This document shows positions 42,871-54,240 of a DNA stretch of 64,000 nt, piece by piece. The stretch spans positions 80,352,001-80,416,000 of the forward strand of contig OX597831.1 in the NCBI GenBank assembly GCA_951406725.2, in the 5' to 3' direction. The stretch is from Octopus vulgaris (lineage: Eukaryota). Under the pieces are notes generated by a model. It was not told the DNA's origin. It did no database searches and saw only the letters and a program-made list of their open reading frames with translations. The position numbers and the translations under genes are program-made. Numbering within the stretch: position 1 is the stretch's first letter; every line of letters begins with the position of its first letter.

Positions 42871-44584
42871 ATTTTTATGCCTCTATCTCTAAAGAACTGC
42901 TAGATAAAGCCCTAATCTTCGCTAGTGACTTCATAGAAATTAGTACCAATGATAAGGATATAATCTTCCATGCTAGAAAGACATTACTTTTCAGTGAGAA
43001 TGCAAAGTGGGTAAAAAACACCGACACGGAGGGCGCTGATGTGAGCATGGGTTCATATGATGGGGCAGGCATCTGTGATCTAATTGGACTCTTTCTCCTA
43101 GATACCTTCAGTAAGACATTCCCTAACGTACATTTCGCCATCTACAAAGATGATGCCCTCGCCTTAACAGCTAATACAAATGGACCAGCACAAGATCGTT
43201 TTAGGAAGGATATTATCCAGTTAATGAAACACTTCGGACTTAGTATAACTATAGACACTAACCTGACGGTTGTCAATTTCTTAGACGTTTCCTTAGATCT
43301 TAATAATAATATTTATAAGCCTTATAGGAAGCCCAATGATAGACTAAGTTATATTAATGTAGGTTCATGCCATCCCCCTATAGTATTCAAAAATTTAGTT
43401 AAAAATATTAGTAATAGGATTTCTAGCCTCTCATCTAATGAGGACATCTTCAATAGCGTTGCCCCAGTTTATAATAAAGCTTTAAAAGATAGTGGTTTTA
43501 GCGAAAAATAAAATATACACCTATCACCAGCCCAACAATAAGGAAAAGGAATAATAGAAATAGGAAGGTCATCTGGTTTACGCCCCCTTACTCACCCGAG
43601 GTGGCCTTCAATATAGGTAAATATTTCCTAGCACTGATAGATAGACATTTTCCAGTTAACCATGCTTATAGGAAACTCTTCAATAGACACAATTTAAAAA
43701 TTAGTTTTAGTTCAACTACCAATTTTAAAAACATAATCAATCATAACATACAAAAAACACAAGAAGAAAACAGCTGTTCATGCAGGAATAAAGAATTGTG
43801 CCCGCTAAATGGAGCTTGCATGTCCAAGACCATCATATATGAGGCTACCGTAAACTCTATAACCACTAAAGACACCGTTTTGACGAAGAAATACGTGGGC
43901 CTGACAGAGGGTAATTTCAAGACCAGGTTCAATAACCACACTTTGAGCTTTAGGCACTGGAACAAAAGAAAAGCGACACAATTATCCAATCATATTTGGT
44001 CTTTAAGAGATAAAGGTGTCGATTATAACATACAATGGAAGATTTTGGCCAGATGTAAGCCCTATACTAACGGCAGCGGAAGGTGCGGTTTATGCGACAT
44101 GGAGAGATGGCTTATCTGGAAAAGCAGCTTAGACCCTACCACATGTCTAAATACAAGGACAAGAACTTTTCGGATCATGCCCACATGTGACTAAATTTCT
44201 GTTACGTTTTTGGTCCCCTAAAGAAAACGGATAGAACATGCTTTCTGTGTTATGTCCCAAGAAGATTTTATATATTTTTATATATTTTTATATATTTTTT
44301 ATGTATTTTTATATAATTTTTATGACGAAAAATGCGAGCGATGTATAAGTACGCAGGCAAAGCAGAGTTATAACAGAGTAATTTCCCTTCATTTTTAACG
44401 GTATTTTTTCATAACGTTTTCAAATAGCCAGATAACCGAAGAGATGGTGTTGTGGATTTCCACTTCGGCATCTGAAACTCAGAGTTTTATCTTGACTACC
44501 GAGTAATGTAACATATTGTATAAATTTCCTCTATTTACATAATATTGAGGTCTCTTTCTTTCTTTTGTTATCTTACCGTTTTAT

Positions 44585-44587
<3 letters not shown>
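42871..44587 (+). mobile_element. Penelope-like element with C-terminal GIY-YIG endonuclease (probably Nematis-like), 5'-truncated, right arm
   Basis: MGSYDGAGICDLIGL, YKDD, VNFLDV.LDL, YRKPND...GSCHP, WFTPPYS, CSCRNKELCPLNGAC, IIY...YVGLT..FKTRFNNH and CGLCDME; 3' UTR ends in (TA)n. Clade name is inference. Confidence 0.9.
44425..44498 (+). ncRNA. Hammerhead-like fold in the PLE 3' UTR (variant core)
   Basis: gataa-CCGAAGA-GATG...CATC-T-GAAA-CT-cag-AG-T-T-ttatc with extended stem I; mirrored at about 41233-41306. Confidence 0.55.
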
Positions 44588-44641
<54 letters not shown>

Positions 44642-44649
44642 CGTATATA

Positions 44650-44830
44650 GTTGAAATTTACAGAAAAACAAAATACAAAGACAGGTATATATGAACAACA
44701 AACGGATGTATTAGTTTAACGCTCGGGTAAATGAGTAAGTCTTTTACGTTTCGAGCCTACACTCTTCAGCAGAAAGGAACACAGAAATAAACAGAGAGAA
44801 TATTAAAGAACTTATGGATTTCGCAATCCA
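44650..44830 (-). mobile_element. Short ORF-less hammerhead-motif element
   Basis: Minus strand cttt-CTGCTGA-A-GAG-tgtagg-CTC-GAAA-CGTA-aaag (44741-44776); same family as the 2745 and 11835 copies. Confidence 0.72.
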
Positions 44831-45404
44831 CAATTTCGAAATTGCTCTTAAATGTGGTTTTGGTCATTCTGACTGCTACTTCTAGCCTGTAAGGCTACCT
44901 GTTAAGGGTCGCCTCTTTTGTGCTTAAATGTACACTAATGATATATATATAGTACTAAGCAGTGGCAGAAATAGCTCGAAACCAGGACTGGCCAACTGGT
45001 CCTGCCACTAGGAGATAGTAAGTGTTCGCTCCACTGTTCACAGTTTTACTGGATGCAGCTGTGCATCGTTAACCAACAAGAGGAGATGTCCTCTTGGGGT
45101 TAAAAATTGCAGTAAAGTCCACTGGCACGGACAGCCATATTAAAGTGGCTGCCAGTACTACTTTATATATATATATACATTCATATATATACTTTTATTC
45201 AAAAGCGTGATTCAAGTATACAGTTACCTTGAAGTACGAGCATTCAACAGACTCACACACACACACACACACACACAGATACAATCACATAGAGATACCT
45301 ACACACTTTCGCACGCTTCCACTCTCTCTCTCTCTCCCTCTCCCTCTCTCTCTCGTAGAAGTACCTAGAATCAAAAATAAGCAATCATACATATATACAC
45401 ACAT

Positions 45405-45788
45405 GTGGAGGTGCAATGACCCAGTGGTTAGGGCAGTGGACTCACGGTCGTGGGATCGCGGTTTCGATTCCCAGATCGGGCGTTGTGAGTGTTTAATGAG
45501 CGAAAACTCCTAAAAGCACCACGAAGCTCCGGCAGGAGCTAGTGGCGAACCCTGCTGTACTCTTTCACCACAACTTTCTCTCACTCTTTCTTCCTGTTTC
45601 TGTTGTACCTTTATTTCAAAGGGGGTCAGCCTTGTCGCACACTGTGTCTTACTAAATCTCTCTGAGAACTACGTTAGGGGTACACGTGTCTGAGGAGTGC
45701 TCAGCCACTTACACGTTAATTTCACGAGCAAGCTGTTCCGTTATTCGGATCAACTGGAACCCTCGACGTCGCAAAAGACGGAGTGCCA
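45405..45788 (+). mobile_element. tRNA-derived SINE family C
   Basis: tRNA-like head: A-box tgacccagtggttaggg, B-box ggtttcgattccc; about 380 bp; ends in (CA)n. Confidence 0.7.
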
Positions 45789-45947
45789 CATACACACACA
45801 CATGCTTGCATTTTTAGATACATATGATACCCACATACAACGATACCCACATAAGATACCCACATAAGATACCCACATACAACGAAGCTGTTTATACAGA
45901 AGGTAAAAGAAAATAGACGATGATTTAAACAACCGCGTCCAAATGAG

Positions 45948-46202
45948 CACCATCACCATCATCACCATCATCATCATCGTCGTCGTCGTCGTCATTATAA
46001 TCATCATCATCATCACCATCGCCACTACCGCGACCTCACCATCGTCAATGTAATCCTCATCAATATAAGCACCACCATCATCATCATCATCACCATCATT
46101 ATCATCATCATCAGGATCATCATCATTTTCATCATCATCATCATCATCGTCATCATCACCATCATCATCATCATCATCATCATCATCATTATCATCATCA
46201 TT

Positions 46203-46239
<37 letters not shown>

Positions 46240-46283
46240 CCATTATCTTCATCATCATCATCATCATCATCATCACCATCATC

Positions 46284-46334
<51 letters not shown>

Positions 46335-46405
46335 TTCTTCATCATCATCATTTTCATCATCATCACCATCTTTATAATCACCGTCGTCATCATCATCACT
46401 ATCAC
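45948..46405. repeat. (CAT)n array
   Basis: Direct reading. Confidence 0.96.
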
Positions 46406-46844
46406 CATGGACTGCATTCGAAACTCCAGAGAGGCAGCGTGTATATATTGGCACGGTTGCGTTTAACATGTACAATAACAAACAACAACAACAATAATGA
46501 TAACGTCAGCAACAACAAGTACAATAATAAATAAATAAATGATCAAAATAGAATTGAAATTTCAAAATAAATCACCGTTTGGGGGATAATAACGAAAAAC
46601 GTTTTAAAAAAAACCTCTGTTAAAAGCTTTTAAATATCAGGAATTAATTGTTATAATAACAGTGGTGGTGGTCGTGGTGGCAGATGATAGAACCTTTGGT
46701 AATGAGAATGTCATGAGGTATTTCATGAACCGAGTTCAAATCCCGCCGATGTCAAGGTTTTATGTATATATTTCCAGGGTCTGTAAAAGACATTCTTTTC
46801 GACCCACTAAAGAGTGATATTTTAATAGTTCTCTTACACGTACG

Positions 46845-47487
46845 CACACTCACCCGTCACACACCACTACGCACACTTACCCGTCACACACCACTACACA
46901 CACTCACCCGTCACACACCACTACACACACCACTACACACACCACTACACACACACACACCCCTCACACACCACTACACACACTCACCCCTCACACACCA
47001 ATACACACAATCACCCGTCACACACCACTACACACAATCACCCGTCACACACCACTACACACAATCACCCGTCACACACCACTACACACACTCACCCGTC
47101 GCACACCACTACACACTCCCCCCACACACACCACTACACACACTCACCCCTCACACACCACTACACACAATCACCCGTCACATACCACTGCACACACTCA
47201 CACGTCACACACCACTACACACACTCACCCGTCACACACCACTACACACAATCACCCGTCACACACCACTACACACAATCACCCGTCACACACCACTACA
47301 CACACTCACCCGTCACACACCACTACACACACTCCCCCCTCACACACCACTACACACACTCACCCCTCACACACCACTACACACAATCACCCGTCACATA
47401 CCACTGCACACACTCACACGTCACACACCACTACACACACTCACACGTCACACACCACTACACACACTCACCCATTACACACCACTA
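46845..47487. repeat. 27-bp minisatellite (acaccactacacacactcacccgtcac)n, roughly 22 units
   Basis: Direct reading; translates as repeated HTPLHTLTR. Confidence 0.93.
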
Positions 47488-47591
47488 TATAGACACACAC
47501 ATACATGCCTCTATATATATATATACACCTCTTTCTACACACACACACACACACCTCAACATACACATCGGTAAATATCAACACTCCAGCT

Positions 47592-47784
47592 TGGGAGCTG
47601 AAAAGTTCCTGGCTGTCGCGGAAGGCCTGGTTGGTGGACCAGCGTTCCGGAAAACTGAAGGTCGACGGCAACAAGTGTGTGAATGTGAGAGGGAAACATG
47701 TTGAATAAAGTCATAATTAACTGATCCTCCGGTATTTTTTTTTACACAAAATCAGGATCTTTTCAACACCCCCCCCCCCCCGTA
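47592..47784 (+). mobile_element. Internally deleted mariner-derived MITE
   Basis: TIR-like ctgaaaagttcctgg ... caggatcttttcaacacccc; retains transposase C-terminal KCVNVRGKHVE*. A related left TIR is at about 49241-49300. Confidence 0.65.
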
Positions 47785-47812
47785 CATAATGTGTACGTGT
47801 GTGTTTACATAT

Positions 47813-47975
47813 ACGACGGGCTTCTTTCAGTTTCCGTCTACAAACTCGACTCACAAGACTTTGGTCGGCCCGATGCTATAGTAGAAGACACTTGCCCAAG
47901 GTGCCACTGCACTGAGACCCGAACCATGTGGTTAAGAAGCAAGCTTCTTATCACACAGCCACGCCTGCGCCTACA
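47813..47975 (-). mobile_element. SINE family A 5' half
   Basis: Reverse complement of the head of 38417. Confidence 0.8.
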
Positions 47976-48008
47976 TGCCACGCCTGCGCTTACATGCCAT
48001 GCCTGCGC

Positions 48009-48089
<81 letters not shown>

Positions 48090-48755
48090 GTATGTATGTA
48101 AGTATCTATGTACGTATGTATGTATATCATACCCGTGACCAGAATATTCTTTATCAATAACCTTCCAAGGAAGATGAATGGAAGTATATGTATTATATGT
48201 ATTATTACGAATGGAAGTATATGCTAATTGGTAACAACCTTATTGAAAATCCTGCTCAAACGTGGTTGACCTGGATGGAAACTAAACAACAACAACAACA
48301 ACGACGACGACGGCTTTAACATGAACAAGAGGAACAACAACTTCCGGTCTACTTATTATTATGACAAGGACAGGAAGTAATGAAGAGAGAAAAAAGAAAA
48401 AAGAAAAAAGATAAAAGAGTGACAACAGCATTAACAAGAACAATAATCATTATAACATTAATCACAGTTATTATGATTGTCACAACACATAAGTATGATT
48501 ATTATTATTTTTAATAATGGCGGTAATACAATATGGAGGTCAGAGCCGATAAAGAGTTTAACGAAGGGAAGAGGGGGTAAGTGCTTAAGGAAGTGAAACG
48601 TAGACAATGGGTCGTCTAATTGACTTAACCCCTGTGTTAAGTGTCCAGATAATCACTGGCACCGCTGGTGTAAGAAATCTCTTTCTAGAAACGTCTTTAA
48701 CACGCTGACACATCGTCTCTCTCTCTCTCACTCTCTCTCTCTCACTCTCTCTCTC

Positions 48756-48830
<75 letters not shown>

Positions 48831-48945
48831 TTCGCCGAAATCACAAGTGGCCACTAGGCTGAATACTGGATTTATAGAAATATATACGAATATGTATGTG
48901 TGTGGTGTGTGCGTATATATATATATGTATGTATGTATATATATT

Positions 48946-48977
<32 letters not shown>

Positions 48978-49027
48978 GAACATATATATACATACATATA
49001 TATATATGTATATGTATATATACATAT

Positions 49028-49160
<133 letters not shown>

Positions 49161-49482
49161 TAATAAATAAATAAAACATATGCATATATACATACATATA
49201 TGGGTACAGGACACCAATATATGATATATATATATATATAGAGTGTGTGGAAAAGTTCCTGGATTTAAGGGTTTCGCACGAAAGGCCTGGCTGGAGTCCC
49301 CACCTTTCGAGTTTTTCTACAGGTCCTAGGAAAAGTGAACCCGGAACCCGGAACTATGTAGTTGGGAAGCAAGTTTATGTATATAAGCATATATATATTA
49401 TGTAGGCAAGGGTTACAAAAGATGTGGGTATGTTCATACATACATATACATACATAAATACATACATATACATACATATATA

Positions 49483-49712
49483 CTCTCTTACTCTTGTACT
49501 TGTTTCAGTCATTTGACTGTGGCCATGCTGGAGCACCACCTTTAGTCGAGCAAATCGATACCACGACTTATTCTTTGTCAGCCTAATACTTATTCTATCG
49601 GTCTCTTTTTGCCGAACCGCTAAGTTACGGGGACGTAAACACACCACCATCGGTTCTCTAGTTATGTTGGGAGGACAAACACAGACAAAAAAACATATAC
49701 ACAGATACATAC

Positions 49713-49752
<40 letters not shown>

Positions 49753-49911
49753 ACGACGGGCTTCTTTCAATTTCTGACTACCACTCACAAGGCTTTGGTC
49801 GGCCCGAGGCTATAGGAGAAGACACTTGCCGAACGTGCCATGCAGTGGAAATGAACCCGGAACCATGTGGTTGGTAAGCAAGCTACTTTCCACATAGCCA
49901 CTCCTGCGCCT
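49483..49911 (-). mobile_element. SINE family A, full length
   Basis: Reverse-complement match to 38417-38850. Confidence 0.88.
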
Positions 49912-51169
49912 ATCTAAATATTTTATTTAGTTTCCGATCTCAGTGCACCAAAGTGAAGTCATTTGAAAGATACACTTAAATATAATTTGTAGAACTTTAT
50001 ACATAATGGATTTCGGTTGAGCGTTCTGTATCTAGTTATGGAAATTGTGTTTTGTAAACGACAGACTATGCTGATGATCTTGCAGATGTTTGCGTACCCA
50101 TATATGTAAATATTAACAAGTGAAACCAAATGGTACATAGGTAATCGTTTTTTATTTCATATATTTTCATTTGTCTTGCTTATTTTTACATTTTGGTGTT
50201 TTGCTGAGATTTTTCTTGAGAACACATTCTTCGTGGTAATGGCGATTTGACGTCTATGTTTAGCATATAGGCTCTAAATTTTGTATGTGAAACAATTTTT
50301 AATCTTCGGATTTTTTTTAAATATGCTAAGCCACTGGTTTTAATGGAGTACTATTAATTTCTACCCTTATTTAATTTCATATATATATATATATATATAT
50401 ATAAACAGTTGCCCCACCACTCTGATCACTTTCAACTTAAACCGACTATCACAGTGGCGTGCAACTCGAGTTTCGTGAAAAACAATTCAGTTTAAACAAA
50501 CAATATAATTCTGCACCATGTATTCTGTTCAGTGGTCGTCTTTCTTTGATAAACTGTAACATCTCACTAAATACGTCTGGTTGCTTATTATATATAAATG
50601 CGATGTTATATATGCAGTGATTAAACATTCTCTGATATAGAACAACAATAGGAAATATAGACTATATATATATGCATGTGTGTGTATGTGTGTACACATA
50701 GACGCACATACATTTATAAAAGCATGTACGTCACTAGCATGGCGTTTAGACAAACACAAATCTACAAACATAACACACACACACACATACACCAGCTGTA
50801 GGTCTGTGATGTCTAATGAAGGAAACAATTAATTGTTGTCAGCGTCAGCGCTCGTTATCTCGCCAAAGACAGTAAAAACCTAATAAAACGAATAATAAGC
50901 GCATTTAATTATTTTCATTTGGTATATTTCGGATATCACACGGAACCATCTCTTCTATCTGTTATTATCCATCTTATTTTCCTGTTCATCTCTGTCTGTC
51001 TCTGACTCCTGTTTGTCTGTCCATCTGGTTGTCTGTCCGTTGGTCACCTTGTCCGTTTAAATGTCTCTTCTTATTGAGGCCCCGAGTCTTTGTGTCTGTT
51101 CTTGCTCTCTATTTCTGTCCGCCGACTCTCTTTGTCTGCCTGTATGGACAGTCGAGGGTCAGTATTCAT

Positions 51170-51170
51170 G

Positions 51171-51262
<92 letters not shown>

Positions 51263-51373
51263 GTTATCTGTCTATCTATCTATGTCTGCCTATCTATCAC
51301 ACTTTCTCTCTATCTATCTATTTATCTATTCATCCATCTATCCATCCATCTATCAATCCACTCACCCACCGAT

Positions 51374-51404
<31 letters not shown>

Positions 51405-51415
51405 CCCATCCAACC

Positions 51416-51453
<38 letters not shown>

Positions 51454-51663
51454 TCATACGTCTATGCATCCATTCATCTGTCTATCTATATATGTATTTA
51501 TTTATCTGTCTATCCATCCGTCCATCCATCTATCTATCCATTCATCTATCTATCTACCTCTGTATGGATCGATCTATCTACCTATCTGTCTGCCTGTCTG
51601 TCTATCTATTTATCTGCCGATATATCTATCTATCTATCTATCTATCTATCTACATATATATAC

Positions 51664-51694
<31 letters not shown>

Positions 51695-51700
51695 GAGAGC
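51170..51700. repeat. (TATC)n/(TCCA)n/(GA)n compound microsatellite
   Basis: Direct reading. Confidence 0.93.
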
Positions 51701-51709
51701 ATGGCTGTG

Positions 51710-51905
51710 TAGGCACAGGTGTGGCTGTGTGGTAAGAAGCTTGCTTCCCAACCATATGGTTCCGGTTTCAATCCCACTGCGTAGCACCTCGGGCAAGTGT
51801 CTTCTACTATAACCTCAGGCTGACTAAACCCTTGTAAATGAATTTGTAGACGGAAACTGAAAGAAGCCCATCATACACACACACATACACACGCACATAT
51901 ATACA

Positions 51906-51941
<36 letters not shown>

Positions 51942-52200
51942 TGTATGTATGTATTTATATATGTTTGTATGTGTGTGTGTGTGTGTGTGTCTTTGTGTCT
52001 GTGTTTGTCTCACAACAATTGCTTGACAACCGGTATTAGACTATTTACGTTCCAGTAACCTAGCGGTTCAGTAAAAAAAAAGAGCGATAGAATGAATACT
52101 AGGCTTACAAAGAATAAGTTCTGGGATCAATATCTGCGACTAAAATCCCTTTAAGACGGTGCTCCAGCATGGCCGCAGTCATAAGACTGACACAAATAAC
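51710..52200 (+). mobile_element. SINE family A, full length
   Basis: Match to 38417-38850. Confidence 0.88.
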
Positions 52201-52324
52201 AAAATAACACAATATACACACATATATCTTTCTGTCTTTCTCTCTTTCTCTCTTTCTCTCTTTCTCTCATGCCCTCGGTTCGATCGTGAACCGGTTAAGG
52301 TTACAGGTACCTTATTATTCCAAG

Positions 52325-52512
52325 CCCGGTGGGCAAAATGCTCAGAATTATTTTGTCTATCCTTATGCTTTACGTTCAAATTCTGCCGAGGTCGACTTTG
52401 TCGTTCATCCATTAGAGGTCGATAAATTAAGTACCAGTAAAACACTGAGGTCGATGTAATCGACTTGCCCACTCCCCCAAATTGCAGGCCTTGTACTTAT
52501 AGTAGAAAGGAT
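52325..52512 (+). mobile_element. SINE family B copy
   Basis: ttcaaattctgccgaggtcgacttt...ggtcgataaattaagtaccagt core. Confidence 0.8.
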
Positions 52513-52593
52513 TAATATTCTTATTCTTATTCTTATTCTTATTCTTATTCTTATTCTTATTATTATTATTCTTATTATTATTATTACTATTAT

Positions 52594-52925
52594 TGAGTGA
52601 GAGAGCAGTGCATGCCATCAAAGTGACAACACTAGGGTAAAACATACGAAGCCCAGTATACCCATCATGACTACCCATCTGATAAGGGTACACTAGGCAC
52701 ATGCATCACAACCATATGTGCGCGTCATGGTGATCTCATATCAAGTTAAACAGCACATGACCTTGCAGGTGGGACCCAGTTAGAATTTTCTTCTGGTCGA
52801 GATACCCATCCCGCTCAAAAGGTCTCTGAATAAGGGTTGTTTAAGTATGTTGAACGAAATACCCATGTTTCCAGAGGTGAATTATTCAAACCCCATAGAA
52901 TCCCTCTCAACACATGGCTATGATA
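52594..52925 (+). mobile_element. Interspersed repeat related to 5635-5952
   Basis: Shared sequence block; (ATT)n flanks. Confidence 0.7.
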
Positions 52926-52930
52926 ACTCC

Positions 52931-52990
<60 letters not shown>

Positions 52991-52992
52991 TA

Positions 52993-53216
52993 AAGGCGAA
53001 TAGCTGGCAGAAACGTTAGCACGCCGGGCGAAATGCTTAGCGGTATTTCCTCCGTCTTCACGTTCTGAGTTCAAATTCTGCCGAGGTCAACTTTGCCTTT
53101 CATCCTTTCGGGGTCGATAAATTAAGTACTAGTTGAAGACAGGGGTCGATGTAATTGACTACGCACTCACCTACGCACTCCAAACGTGTTAGGCCTTGTG
53201 CCAATAGTAGAAAGGG
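52993..53216 (+). mobile_element. SINE family B copy
   Basis: Complete head ggcgaatagctggcagaaacgttagcacgccgggcgaaatgcttag plus core. Confidence 0.85.
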
Positions 53217-53908
53217 TTGTTGTTGTTGCTGTTCTTCTTCTTCTTCTTCTTCTTCTTCTTCTTCTTCTTCTGCTTCTTCTTCTTTTTCGTCTTCTTCTTT
53301 TTCTTCTTCTTCGTCTTCTTTTCTTTTTCTTCTTCTTCTTCTTTTCCTTCTTTTTCGTCTTCTTCTTCTTCTTCGTCTTCTTTTCTTTTTCTTCTTCTTC
53401 TTCTTAATATCCTTCTTCTTCTTCTTCTTCTTCTTCTTGATCAAGTTTAAACCTAGATAAGAGTAAAACTATGCGCGTGTGAAAGCTTTCTGAAAAATGA
53501 ATATTTTGACAGACATATATTTTCTTTTAAAAATCTCTTTTCAAAACAAGAATACTATTATTTATCTGTGCCATTACCATATTTACAGTGTCTGCCAAAA
53601 CATATGGCAGCGTAGCATTTGACTGGAACCTTCAAACCAAGAATTCATGGACCGTAATACGAGAAATTCACTAAAATAAGAAATACAACTCACTAAATCG
53701 CCAAAAACAACTGAATACATAATCATAAGCGTCGTTTCAATGTATGCTAAAAGAAACTCCGACGACGGAGAGTTCATAGAACACAGTGTAAACGGGAAGA
53801 AGATATATGCATTCGAAAAGAGGGCAGGCAGAAGAAATTGTTTGGTGATAGCGAGAAAATTTGTAGATATACGTTTCTTGGTGGACGTGAACACGCATGT
53901 ATGCGTGA

Positions 53909-53987
<79 letters not shown>

Positions 53988-54001
53988 TATATGCATATAT
54001 A

Positions 54002-54043
<42 letters not shown>

Positions 54044-54053
54044 CATACATACG

Positions 54054-54105
<52 letters not shown>

Positions 54106-54168
54106 CATATATATATGTATATATATGTATATATATATATAGGTATATATGAATATATATATATATAT

Positions 54169-54239
<71 letters not shown>

Positions 54240-54240
<1 letters not shown>

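Noticed and set aside
45405-45485. tRNA gene
   Set aside because: A and B boxes are present but there is no proper cloverleaf or acceptor stem; continues into a SINE body.
46845-47487. CRISPR-like array
   Set aside because: Contiguous tandem units with no unique spacers, in a eukaryotic context.
53583-53910. Unique sequence with open frames beside the Helitron as a captured gene or exon
   Set aside because: Lies outside the CTAG terminus, with no recognisable protein motif or clear splice signals.
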